IMG/VR virus record: IMGVR_UViG_3300029775_000005
Span: 1-42,752 of that record
DNA length: 42,752 nucleotides
Strand: one strand, 5' to 3'
Source: a virus
Below, one piece after another: positions 25,705 through 33,593 of this stretch. Within the stretch, counting starts at the first letter, position 1. Every line of letters starts with the position of its first letter. Below the pieces are notes generated by a model. It searched no databases and had not been told where the DNA came from. It saw nothing but the letters and a program-made list of their open reading frames with translations. The translations under genes and the position numbers were made by a program.

Positions 25705-25745
25705 GCCTGTGGCGTCGGCCGGAGGCGCTTAAAAAGGAAAGTCGA
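25702..25745 (-). promoter_or_regulatory. Late-promoter element, copy 8
   Basis: Identical over 43 nt to copies 10 and 11. Confidence 0.85.
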
Positions 25746-25752
25746 GCCCGGG

Positions 25753-26250
25753 TCAGGAGGGGGGGCGTTTCAACGTCTCCTGGAGGGCCTGCGCGAACGC
25801 CCCGGCCATGAACGTCTCCAGATTGTCGTAGAGCCGGGTCTCGACGCGGGCAGTGACTTTCCGGAACAGGGACCGTTCCGGGATCGTGGCGGTGCCGAAC
25901 TCGAGCCAGGTCGCCTTCAGGGCGTTCTCCTCATCGAACACGCCGACAAAGGCCGTATACTCCCGGCCGCCGGTCCGCCGGACCTGGTGGGCGATCTTCG
26001 CCCGGAGTTCCCCCGTATCGACCCAGGCTTTCTCGCCGTTCCTCATGGCCCGGCGGGCCTTCTTCCGCTTCCTCCGGACCGTGGCCGGGGCCAGGGGCGG
26101 CCAGCCGAGCCCGATTACCATCTGTTGGTCGATCGTCTCGACGATCTGCCCCTCCAGCCAGGCGCCGATCTGTCCCGCACCCTTTTGCAGCGTCTGGTTG
26201 ACGACGCGGGTTATGGCGGCTGTGTTGTTGATGTCGTCGATTTTCGCCAT
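25753..26250 (-). CDS. Neck / virion morphogenesis protein (HK97 gp10 / Mu gpG-like)
   Basis: WPPLAPATVRRK...DTGELRAKI...EFGTATIPERS. Confidence 0.85.
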   Translation of the reverse strand: MAKIDDINNTAAITRVVNQTLQKGAGQIGAWLEGQIVETIDQQMVIGLGWPPLAPATVRRKRKKARRAMRNGEKAWVDTGELRAKIAHQVRRTGGREYTAFVGVFDEENALKATWLEFGTATIPERSLFRKVTARVETRLYDNLETFMAGAFAQALQETLKRPPS

Positions 26251-26384
26251 ACGGCTCCTGTTTGGAGTAAGTTTTTTATGTCGGGCAACATAACTATGTT
26301 CGTCCCTTCCGGATCCACTGGGTTCTCGGGGAGGGCATGTCTGTCCGTTTGTGGATGTAGAAGGGGGGAGCCGGGGCGGCCTGG

Positions 26385-26813
26385 TCAGCCATTGTGTCCA
26401 CTCTCCCTAACTAAACCTGGTTTTATGTTTTTACGGTGAGCAGGGGAGTATCCCCTGGCCCTCATCTTCGTTTCGACGGCCTCCTGGCACTCCCGGCTGC
26501 AACAGATCCGGACGGTTTTGCCGTATCGATCGGTAAACGGGCCGGTGAGATCCTCGTATTGGCGCCGGGTCATGGGGATCTTCGCCTTGCATCCGCTGCA
26601 GGGGATGGTTATGATCTCCCGGGCGAGGGTCTCCCTGATGGCCATGGCGGCCTGGAGCACGACTCGCTCGTAGGCGTTGAGCGGGGTCAGATCGCGGACG
26701 ATCATCCCCCCCTGGACGCGCTGCTCGCAGAGGTAGGGCTGTCCGTCCTGGGTTACTATCGATCGCTGCATCGGTCCGTCCTCGGGCCGGCGCTTAGATG
26801 TCTGCCAGGTCAA
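26385..26813 (-). CDS. Accessory Cys-containing protein
   Basis: CSGC...CCSREC (TRASH-like finger). Confidence 0.6.
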   Translation of the reverse strand: MTWQTSKRRPEDGPMQRSIVTQDGQPYLCEQRVQGGMIVRDLTPLNAYERVVLQAAMAIRETLAREIITIPCSGCKAKIPMTRRQYEDLTGPFTDRYGKTVRICCSRECQEAVETKMRARGYSPAHRKNIKPGLVRESGHNG

Positions 26814-27039
26814 TACGGGGATAGTAGGGGGCCCGGGGGAGCAGGAGGCGAGCCTGGTCGATCTCCTCCTGCCGGCGGACGCCGATATCGTTCACGTAGC
26901 TCTCCTGGTATACTGCGCCTGTCCGTTCGTCTGTGATTACTGTCCGGATGAGGCCGGGGGTCCTGGTTTTCAGGCAGGTCTCCCGGTTCGGGCAGTCGGT
27001 CGTGCAGAGGGCCCGGTTTTCGCATATCGGGATCTGCAT
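26794..27039 (-). CDS. Accessory small Cys-rich protein, 81 aa
   Basis: C-x5-C-x3-C-x5-C N-terminus. Confidence 0.55.
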   Translation of the reverse strand: MQIPICENRALCTTDCPNRETCLKTRTPGLIRTVITDERTGAVYQESYVNDIGVRRQEEIDQARLLLPRAPYYPRIDLADI

Positions 27040-27064
27040 ACTCTTGTCTCGTCGTCCTGGCTGT

Positions 27065-27415
27065 TCAGGTTATCCGCTTCAGGACGTATCGGCGCCGCTG
27101 GATCCCGTAGATCCGAGCCATAGCTCGATATTCCTGCGCAAGTTCCGACGCGGCCCAGGTGGTCGTGGTGCCGTCGGTCTCGAGGATCTCGACCTGGTCG
27201 CCGGCGGCCAGGTGGGCGTCGGTGAAGAGGAGGCGGTCGCCGGCCGCGACCAGGCCCTCCGGGTATCGGGAGAGCCGTTCGAGGGTGACGTCCTGGACGT
27301 CGCCGGTGATCGGGGTGGTCGTCCGGGTCTCGGGGATCCGGAGGCCGGTCTCCTGGTCGGTGGTCGCCGGCTGGATGGCCACGTGGGTGAGGGGGCGGTC
27401 GAGGTCCTCAAACAT
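27065..27415 (-). CDS. Head closure / stopper protein
   Basis: Beta-rich 116 aa; GD..LFTD...GDQV; follows the adaptor. Confidence 0.7.
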   Translation of the reverse strand: MFEDLDRPLTHVAIQPATTDQETGLRIPETRTTTPITGDVQDVTLERLSRYPEGLVAAGDRLLFTDAHLAAGDQVEILETDGTTTTWAASELAQEYRAMARIYGIQRRRYVLKRIT

Positions 27416-27770
27416 CCCGCGTCACCCATCCGAATCCCGGGGGATCCCGGGTCAGGCGGCGTTCGAGCCGTCGGATCTCCTCGTCCCAGGCCTGTGCCCG
27501 GGCCCGGAGGTCGCCGAGATCGATATCGATATCGTGCTCCTTGAACCGCTGCACCGCGCCGCCCTGGATGCGGCCGAGGTAGTCGGTCGCCAGCATCCGG
27601 GCGGTCTCGAGCCGGTGCAACCGTGCACCGAGGGCGGTGCTGAGATCGGTCCCGGGGTGCAAGGCCGCGGCCTCGCTCATCGTCATCTCGATGTAGGGAT
27701 CGTCAAAAACGGCGGTCGCACCCAGGGCGCCGAGGGTGGTCCGGACCAGGGCGACTGTGGTGGTTGGCAT
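27408..27770 (-). CDS. Head-tail adaptor protein, 120 aa
   Basis: VRTTLG...FDDPYIE helical pattern; first gene after the major capsid gene. Confidence 0.7.
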   Translation of the reverse strand: MPTTTVALVRTTLGALGATAVFDDPYIEMTMSEAAALHPGTDLSTALGARLHRLETARMLATDYLGRIQGGAVQRFKEHDIDIDLGDLRARAQAWDEEIRRLERRLTRDPPGFGWVTRDV

Positions 27771-27793
27771 GTCGGCCTCTGAAAGAAAAGGGG

Positions 27794-28729
27794 TTACGGG
27801 AGGCCGTCCTCGCCGAAGATGCCCTCCAAGAGCACCCAGGTCTCGCCTCCCTCGATGATCGGTTCCCGGCGGGCCCGTTCCCAGTACCGCCACTGGATCT
27901 CCGGGTGGAACGCCGCCCGGCCTTCAGCGTAGAGGGTCGAGAGAGGTTCGACTTCCGCGAGGTAGCCGAGCATCGGCCCCTTCTTCCCGAGGGCCACGCG
28001 GCCGGTATCGAGCGGGTCGACCTGGTCGTCGAGCATGACCTCCATGCCCATCAGCATGGGGATCTGAGCCGTCCGGACGTATCCGCCCTCGGCTCCCGGG
28101 GGGGCGTAGTAGAGCCGGTTCTGGATCTTGTCGAACTTGCCCAGGTATTCGAACGCCATTTCGCTCATGACGATCGTGTCCGGGGTGACGGCGCCCTTGG
28201 TCGCCCTCCGGACGATCCGGCGGCCCTTCCCGAAGTCGGCGATCGGGTCTCCGGCGGTCACGCCGGCAGCGTCCTTGGTGATCGTCCAGTCGGATCCCGG
28301 GACGGTGTTGTTCTCCGGGATGCCGGCCAGGATGTCGTTGTAGATGACCGCGTCCTCGAACTTGACCATCATGTAGGTGTTGAGGGCGATCTTGCGGGCG
28401 ATCGTCGAGAGCTGCTGGTACTTGAACTCCTCCGTGAGAATGTCGAAAGATACGCCGTAAGGCCGGATGACCTTCGGGATCTTCGTCCATTTCATGTCGG
28501 TCTGGTTGTAGCCGCCCTTTTCCGAGAGCCAGTCGACCTCGCCCTGGAACCCTTCCTCCTTGACCTTCTGAATGGTCGGGGGCATGTCGCCCTGGAATCC
28601 CAGGAGCCGGGCGCCCTTAAACTCTTTCTGCCAGATCTGCTTGATCCGGGCGTCGATGACTTCCGGCGACAGGTGGATCTGTGCGCCGGCGTAGTCGAAG
28701 TCCTGTTCCGTGTATGCTGCTCCAGTCAT
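27794..28729 (-). CDS. Major capsid protein (HK97 fold), 311 aa
   Basis: VDWLSEKG...K..RPYG...I.TEE...TPDTIVMS...MLMGMEV; size and position. Confidence 0.88.
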   Translation of the reverse strand: MTGAAYTEQDFDYAGAQIHLSPEVIDARIKQIWQKEFKGARLLGFQGDMPPTIQKVKEEGFQGEVDWLSEKGGYNQTDMKWTKIPKVIRPYGVSFDILTEEFKYQQLSTIARKIALNTYMMVKFEDAVIYNDILAGIPENNTVPGSDWTITKDAAGVTAGDPIADFGKGRRIVRRATKGAVTPDTIVMSEMAFEYLGKFDKIQNRLYYAPPGAEGGYVRTAQIPMLMGMEVMLDDQVDPLDTGRVALGKKGPMLGYLAEVEPLSTLYAEGRAAFHPEIQWRYWERARREPIIEGGETWVLLEGIFGEDGLP

Positions 28730-28747
28730 GTCTGTCCTTCCTCCTCC

Positions 28748-29374
28748 TCAAACGATGATCAGGCCCATCGCGGTTTCGATGCCGCCCTGCCAGCAGATCC
28801 CGACCTCGTCCGTCGGGAGAGCCGTGCCTGCCAGGGTTGCGGTCGCGGTGGTCGCCGCGGTGACGGCGCCGGCGACCGTGACGGCCGGCTGTGCTCCGGT
28901 GGACGTGACCTGGGTCTCGCCCTCCGGGATCGTGCCCTCGAGGTCGGTCGCGTCGACCGTGGTGGTCGCCTCAATGGTCGCGCCGAGCGGCTGCGCCGCG
29001 ACATAGGCCATGGTCGTCGGGTCGTAGGCCACCCGGTTGCCGGCCTGCAGGCCGCCGGGCCCGATCGGGACGCGGAGAACCTTGCGGCCGTACTTGAACG
29101 GCAGCCAGGAGACTCTCGTCCGGTCGTCCGGCCGGGCCAGGAGCTGGCCGGCGGCGCCGGGCACCTGCGTCCAGAAGAGCGATTCCGTGGCGATGCCGTC
29201 AGCGTCCTCGCCGGGGCCGCAGGGCTTGATCGTCTTATCCGCGGTGATGCAGACCGGCTGCCCTTCGGTCACGAAGTAGCCGTCGGGGCCCGGGACCGTG
29301 GTCGGGTCGAGGATCGCCCGGAGGGCGGTCTGCATCAGGTCCTGATCCATTGCCGTGGTTTTGGTCGTTACCAT
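28748..29374 (-). CDS. Head decoration / cement protein with a Thr/Ala-rich insertion
   Basis: Between scaffold and capsid genes; EGQPV...ADGIA...AGNRV; GAGGAGG upstream of ATG 29374. Confidence 0.7.
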   Translation of the reverse strand: MVTTKTTAMDQDLMQTALRAILDPTTVPGPDGYFVTEGQPVCITADKTIKPCGPGEDADGIATESLFWTQVPGAAGQLLARPDDRTRVSWLPFKYGRKVLRVPIGPGGLQAGNRVAYDPTTMAYVAAQPLGATIEATTTVDATDLEGTIPEGETQVTSTGAQPAVTVAGAVTAATTATATLAGTALPTDEVGICWQGGIETAMGLIIV

Positions 29375-29385
29375 GGTTTTCCTCC

Positions 29386-29754
29386 TCAAAGCGCCCCGAA
29401 GAGAGCGTCAGCCTTCTGTTCCGCGGTCAGTTCGGCCTGTCCTGCTCCGCCGGCCGCGGATCCCTTCCCGGTGTTCCGGGTGCCGGGGGTCGGGGCCAGC
29501 GCCTGCAGTTCCGTCTGGAGGGCCTGCAGCTGGGTGTGGGTCATCTCCTTCAGGAGATCCTGGTTGAAATCGGGTTTCCGGGCCAGGATCGCCGCGACGA
29601 TCGGTTCTTTGCGGGCGGTCTCCAGGGCGGCCTTGGTCGAGGCGAGTTCCGTATCCTTGGCCTGGAGCTTCTGCTCGAGGTCCTGGTTCCGGGCGGTCAG
29701 CTCCGCGACCTTGGCTTCGAGTTCCTGAAGCCGGGCCTGGTCATTTTCTCCCAT
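29386..29754 (-). CDS. Nested in-frame scaffold protein, 122 aa
   Basis: Internal promoter element at 29752-29795 precedes in-frame ATG (MGENDQARLQELEAKVAEL..., coiled coil). Confidence 0.75.
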   Translation of the reverse strand: MGENDQARLQELEAKVAELTARNQDLEQKLQAKDTELASTKAALETARKEPIVAAILARKPDFNQDLLKEMTHTQLQALQTELQALAPTPGTRNTGKGSAAGGAGQAELTAEQKADALFGAL

Positions 29755-30381
29755 GCCTGTGGCGTCGGCGGCCGCGGTATTTAAAGCGAAGTCGGCCGGG
29801 GCAGCGCCCTTCTTCCGGGAACAGGAGACCTTGCTCTGCTCGATCCCCTTCGCGTTCCGGTCGGCCGGGTCGAGGACGTGGCCGAGGTGGACGAGGATAA
29901 AGTCCTTCATGTAGAGGGCTCCTTTCTCGTCTTCGGCGATCTTCCCGCGGGCACGGATGCTGTTCATCACCAGGGCCGGGTGCTTCCGGATGATGGCCGC
30001 GGCGTCCCGCTGCCGGGGGGTATCCTCGTCGTAGTCGACCCCGAGGATGATCGCCTGGACGCTCTTGCCGTCCGTCGTCTTGACTTTCCCGGCGCTGATC
30101 TCCGTGGCGGCGCCGATCAGGCATTCGATGCTGTCGCAATGGTCGATCACGGCCGGCACGATCTCCGTCCGGCCTTCCTGCTCCGCCAGGGCCCGGGTGG
30201 CCATGGCGGCCTTCTCGATCTCCTCCTTTTCGAAGGTGATCTGGTTATGGACGCCTTCGGTGATCGCCGCGATCTTCCGCCGGAGGCGGGTTTCGCCGTT
30301 TTCCAGGTTGATGACCCGATCCTCGATGATCAGGTCTTTGGCCTGGAAGTAGATCATGACGTCCTGGATCTTGTCTCCCAT
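29386..30381 (-). CDS. Prohead protease-scaffold fusion, 331 aa
   Basis: VIDH, MNSIRARG and HLGHVLDPAD resemble prohead protease motifs; coiled-coil C-terminus. Confidence 0.75.
   Translation of the reverse strand: MGDKIQDVMIYFQAKDLIIEDRVINLENGETRLRRKIAAITEGVHNQITFEKEEIEKAAMATRALAEQEGRTEIVPAVIDHCDSIECLIGAATEISAGKVKTTDGKSVQAIILGVDYDEDTPRQRDAAAIIRKHPALVMNSIRARGKIAEDEKGALYMKDFILVHLGHVLDPADRNAKGIEQSKVSCSRKKGAAPADFALNTAAADATGMGENDQARLQELEAKVAELTARNQDLEQKLQAKDTELASTKAALETARKEPIVAAILARKPDFNQDLLKEMTHTQLQALQTELQALAPTPGTRNTGKGSAAGGAGQAELTAEQKADALFGAL
29752..29795 (-). promoter_or_regulatory. Late-promoter element, copy 9 (inside a coding region)
   Basis: CCGACTTCGCTTTAAATACCGCGGCCGCCGACGCCACAGGC-ATG, exact spacing. 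Confidence 0.8.
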
Positions 30382-30422
30382 GCCTGTGGCGTCGGCCGGA
30401 GGCGCTTAAAAAGGAAAGTCGG
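30379..30422 (-). promoter_or_regulatory. Late-promoter element, copy 10
   Basis: Consensus copy before ATG 30381. Confidence 0.85.
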
Positions 30423-30492
30423 AGCCGGGCGGCGTTGAGGGGGCGGGGGCGATCCGTTACGTTTTTTTGGGAGGGTGGCTCATACGATCCCT

Positions 30493-30654
30493 ATGGCAGC
30501 AGCAGCTGATGGGACGTTGTGCCCACTATTGTATACCCACTCTTTGCCCCGGCGGCCGGATCCCTGCGTAGGGTCGACCTGCGTGCTCTGGGATCCCGCT
30601 CGCCAGGGGTGCAAGTTGAATTTCGCCCTGGATAAGATCATTGCCGGCCGGTGA
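30493..30654 (+). CDS. Small antisense Cys-rich protein, 53 aa
   Basis: My translation: MAAAADGTLCPLLYTHSLPRRPDPCVGSTCVLWDPARQGCKLNFALDKIIAGR; four Cys; below the ORF-track cutoff. Confidence 0.55.
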   Translation: MAAAADGTLCPLLYTHSLPRRPDPCVGSTCVLWDPARQGCKLNFALDKIIAGR

Positions 30655-30709
30655 CGGCTGGAAAAACGAGGGGCGGGGCGGCGTGGCAGGCCCTCTGGGT
30701 GCCCCGCCC

Positions 30710-30838
30710 TCAGTACACCTTTCCAGGTTTCGGTTTCGGTTCTTCGTCTTCCGCCCGGGTGATGACGATATCGTCTCCGCCCCAGCAGAACCTGTCCGCG
30801 GGGTCCGGGCGCCTGGGTTTCTCATCGTTTCCTGTCAT
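30710..30838 (-). CDS. Small peptide, 42 aa
   Basis: MTGNDEKPRRPDPADRFCWGGDDIVITRAEDEEPKPKPGKVY; starts 5 nt after the upstream stop and is followed by a hairpin plus T-run. Confidence 0.5.
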   Translation of the reverse strand: MTGNDEKPRRPDPADRFCWGGDDIVITRAEDEEPKPKPGKVY

Positions 30839-30843
30839 GTCCG

Positions 30844-31179
30844 TTAGTCCTCCTGTCCACCTGGTAGGGCCGGCAGATCGGTCTCAACCTGCCAGCCCGG
30901 GTGATTTATCGCTGTCGTCCTGGCGCAATCGAGGATCCAGTATGCGTCCTCGGAGCCGGCGACGCCAGGAACGAACGACCAGGGGCCGGCCTCGATCCGG
31001 GCCTGCACCTCCTGGTAAATTTTGCCCGGGCGGCCGGTGACGGTAGTCTCGATCTCGTCGGGGTGGTGAGGGTCGTCGCCGGTAACCGTGTAGGTGATCC
31101 GGACCTTATCCCCGAATAGGGCGACGCTCCAGGTGTCCATAGCTATCATCAGGTGTTCCTCCTTTATATTATCATCCAA
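30844..31179 (-). CDS. Small acidic protein, candidate immunity protein for the MuF toxin domains, 111 aa
   Basis: Overlaps the MuF stop by 8 nt; function inferred from position. Confidence 0.6.
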   Translation of the reverse strand: MDDNIKEEHLMIAMDTWSVALFGDKVRITYTVTGDDPHHPDEIETTVTGRPGKIYQEVQARIEAGPWSFVPGVAGSEDAYWILDCARTTAINHPGWQVETDLPALPGGQED

Positions 31180-33586
31180 GGCCGGCCATAATTGTCAAAA
31201 TGAACGAGAAATACTCCGGATCTGTCTCAAGCAGGGCCTTGGCCTTGTGGGCGGTTCTGAAATGTTCTAGACCGGTGCTGACCGCCTCGCCGGCCCGGAT
31301 CGCCCGGAGATCGCCCTCCTTCAGGGCGCCGACCAGGTTCTTGTTCCCGGGGATGAGGGGGTAGACCTTGCCCGCGTAGGGGTGGACGGGGTCGAACCCG
31401 GCAAAGGTGATCTCGTCGGCCCGATAGCCGTGATCCGGATACAGGTCTTTCATCTTCCGGAGCTTGAACCCGTTATCCCGGGCCCGGGCGGCCAGCATGG
31501 CGTTATGGGCGTATCGGCTGTTCTGGTGCTCGAGATGATGCCCGTACTCGTGCAGGAAGATGCGCCAGGTATCCAGTTCGCTCCGGCCGGCCGGGAGAAC
31601 GATCTGGCCGGCGTTGTAGAATCCTCTGCCGTCTCCCGTGCTCTTGATCACGACCTTGACGGGGCCGGCTCGCCGGATCGCGTCCTGGTGGACCAGGCCG
31701 GGCAGCAGGTTTTTGATGTGGTTTTGCAGGAGGTCTGCTCCTCCAGCCGGCCCGTCGACCGAGACCAGGCCGTCGCTGATGAGGGCCGATCCCATCTTTC
31801 GGATCTCCTCCCGGGAGACGTCCCGGCCGTAGATGATCCGGGTCGCCAGGGTGCGGGGGTCGGCCCGGTAGCCGGGCTGCTTCGCGGTCAGGGTGTCGAC
31901 GGCCTCCCGGGTCCAGCCGATCCGGGTCTTGAGCCAGGGTTCCCACTCCTTCAGGCTGAACCCGCCCGGGCCCAGGTGGTCGGCCGGTTCGAGGACGATC
32001 TCCCGGAAGACTTGCGGGCCCCGATCCTCGTCGATGATGTCGGCGACACGCCATTGCCGGCGGCGACCGAGGATGATCTCCGCCTCCGGAGCGATCGCGC
32101 CCTTGTTGCCGACGAAGAGGGCGTGCTCTCCCTGCCGGGCCTGGTAGCGGAAGATGATCCGCGTCGGTTTCCCCGTCTTCGGGTCTCGGGGGTTGGCGTA
32201 GGAGAACCTGGCCGCAGTCCCCTGGTCATAACTCCAGGAGGTGTAGGCCTTGTCGAGGAACGTATCGCCGACCCGGAGGTCGATCTCGTCGTGCTTCCCC
32301 TTGATCCCGCGCCAGAGGGTGCGATCTTGAGCCAGCCGGCTTTTGGCCATCCCGCTCTCGAGCAGGGTGATGTTCTCCCGGACGCGGTCCGGGTCGAGGC
32401 GGTTGGCGGCGCAGGCCTGCAAAAAGGCCTCCTCGCCTTTATGGAAATACGCATTTATGGGGGCGAAATGCATATCCGTGAAATTACTGACCGCTAATGC
32501 CTCCGAACCGGTCAGCCGGGAGGTCGCATCAGTGACCGGGCTGTCCTCCCGCGGGATCTCGGCGGCCAGGTTCCGGGGGCTCTCCCGGCCCCAGATGTTC
32601 TCGGCCTTCGGTTTCGCGGCGGGTTTGAACGGCTGTAGGGCTTCGAGCGGGTCGGGCCTCAGGACTTCCGGGGGCTTGACCGTCTTCCCTGTGGCCACTT
32701 TCGCGAGGTATTTCGCCTCGTCGCTGTCGGGGTCGAGACCCGCTGCAGCCTCCTTCGCCCACCGGATCCGTTCGGTCTTGTAGACCTCCTCCGGGGTATC
32801 GAGGTTCGGGTCGCCGTAGTAGGGCGCCGGCCGGCACCGGCACCGGGGCTCGCCCATGACTTCGAGCGCCAGAGCCTCGTCCGGGCTGCCGATGACGAAG
32901 ATCCGGCCGTGCATCGCCAGGTGCCGCAGCCGGGTCCGCTCGTCGGCCACGCAGGCATATCGCCACGCCTTGATGCCGGCTGATTCGTAGCCGGCGATGT
33001 GGCCCTGTGCGTAGGCCCTCTTTGCGGTGGTCTTTGTCAGGATATCGGCGTAGTCCTTTGTCGATATCGTGACGTTCCGCTTGATTCGGTGCTTTGTGAC
33101 GGTCATCTTGCCGTTCGGCGCGACCTTGATCTCCCGGCGCCATTTCCCCTTGTTCTCGAAGGGGATCCCGTCCTTGAAGTAGCTGTCCAGCCGGCGGGTC
33201 AGGGCCGTCCGGATCTCCGGGTAACTCCGGCCGCGCTCGATCCCGTCGTGCAGGTCCTCGAGCAGGCCGTTGGCGATCGAGCCGAACGTCCCGGAGATCT
33301 CCGCGGCCGCCTGCTCCATCACCGGCTCGAGCCGGGCGGTGGGGACGGGGCTGTCCCGGATCCGGAGCCCGAGGTGCTTGAAGGCCTGTCCTGCTCCGCC
33401 CTCGTAGGCCCAGGCGGCGTGGCCGGCCATCAGGGAGGCGACGCGGTCGGCGGTCTCCTGGGTCCGGTGCTCGATGAACGCCCGGACCGCCCGTTCGAGT
33501 TCCTCCTGGGATGCGGTCGCGAGGTCCTGGTGCTCCAGGTCGGCCAGGAAGGTCTCGATCTCCCGGAGCAGGGTTGCGAGGCTCAT
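31172..33586 (-). CDS. MuF (SPP1 gp7-like) minor head protein with VIP2-type ADP-ribosyltransferase and C-terminal zinc peptidase domains, 804 aa
   Basis: DERTR...HGRIF...PRCRC (MuF); LWRG...YTSWS...EAEIIL (R-S-ExE ART); HEYGHHLE...GKVY...EAVSTGLE (zincin). Confidence 0.88.
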   Translation of the reverse strand: MSLATLLREIETFLADLEHQDLATASQEELERAVRAFIEHRTQETADRVASLMAGHAAWAYEGGAGQAFKHLGLRIRDSPVPTARLEPVMEQAAAEISGTFGSIANGLLEDLHDGIERGRSYPEIRTALTRRLDSYFKDGIPFENKGKWRREIKVAPNGKMTVTKHRIKRNVTISTKDYADILTKTTAKRAYAQGHIAGYESAGIKAWRYACVADERTRLRHLAMHGRIFVIGSPDEALALEVMGEPRCRCRPAPYYGDPNLDTPEEVYKTERIRWAKEAAAGLDPDSDEAKYLAKVATGKTVKPPEVLRPDPLEALQPFKPAAKPKAENIWGRESPRNLAAEIPREDSPVTDATSRLTGSEALAVSNFTDMHFAPINAYFHKGEEAFLQACAANRLDPDRVRENITLLESGMAKSRLAQDRTLWRGIKGKHDEIDLRVGDTFLDKAYTSWSYDQGTAARFSYANPRDPKTGKPTRIIFRYQARQGEHALFVGNKGAIAPEAEIILGRRRQWRVADIIDEDRGPQVFREIVLEPADHLGPGGFSLKEWEPWLKTRIGWTREAVDTLTAKQPGYRADPRTLATRIIYGRDVSREEIRKMGSALISDGLVSVDGPAGGADLLQNHIKNLLPGLVHQDAIRRAGPVKVVIKSTGDGRGFYNAGQIVLPAGRSELDTWRIFLHEYGHHLEHQNSRYAHNAMLAARARDNGFKLRKMKDLYPDHGYRADEITFAGFDPVHPYAGKVYPLIPGNKNLVGALKEGDLRAIRAGEAVSTGLEHFRTAHKAKALLETDPEYFSFILTIMAGLG

Positions 33587-33593
33587 CCGGGCC

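Noticed and set aside
26294-26338. 14-codon ORF with ACAGAC-ATG context, possibly an N-terminal extension of the neck gene
   Set aside because: Out of frame with 25753..26250 and too short to support
27768-27796. Twelfth late-promoter copy before the adaptor gene
   Set aside because: CCGAC abuts the ATG and there is no TATA at -31..-25; it reads better as the capsid-gene terminator
27764-29728. Long plus-strand ORFs (654 aa here; also 9021..10349, 12958..13938, 23532..24701, 31382..32497, 34155..35477, 36005..37117 and others)
   Set aside because: Antisense shadows of real minus-strand genes in high-GC DNA; no recognisable motifs and biased composition
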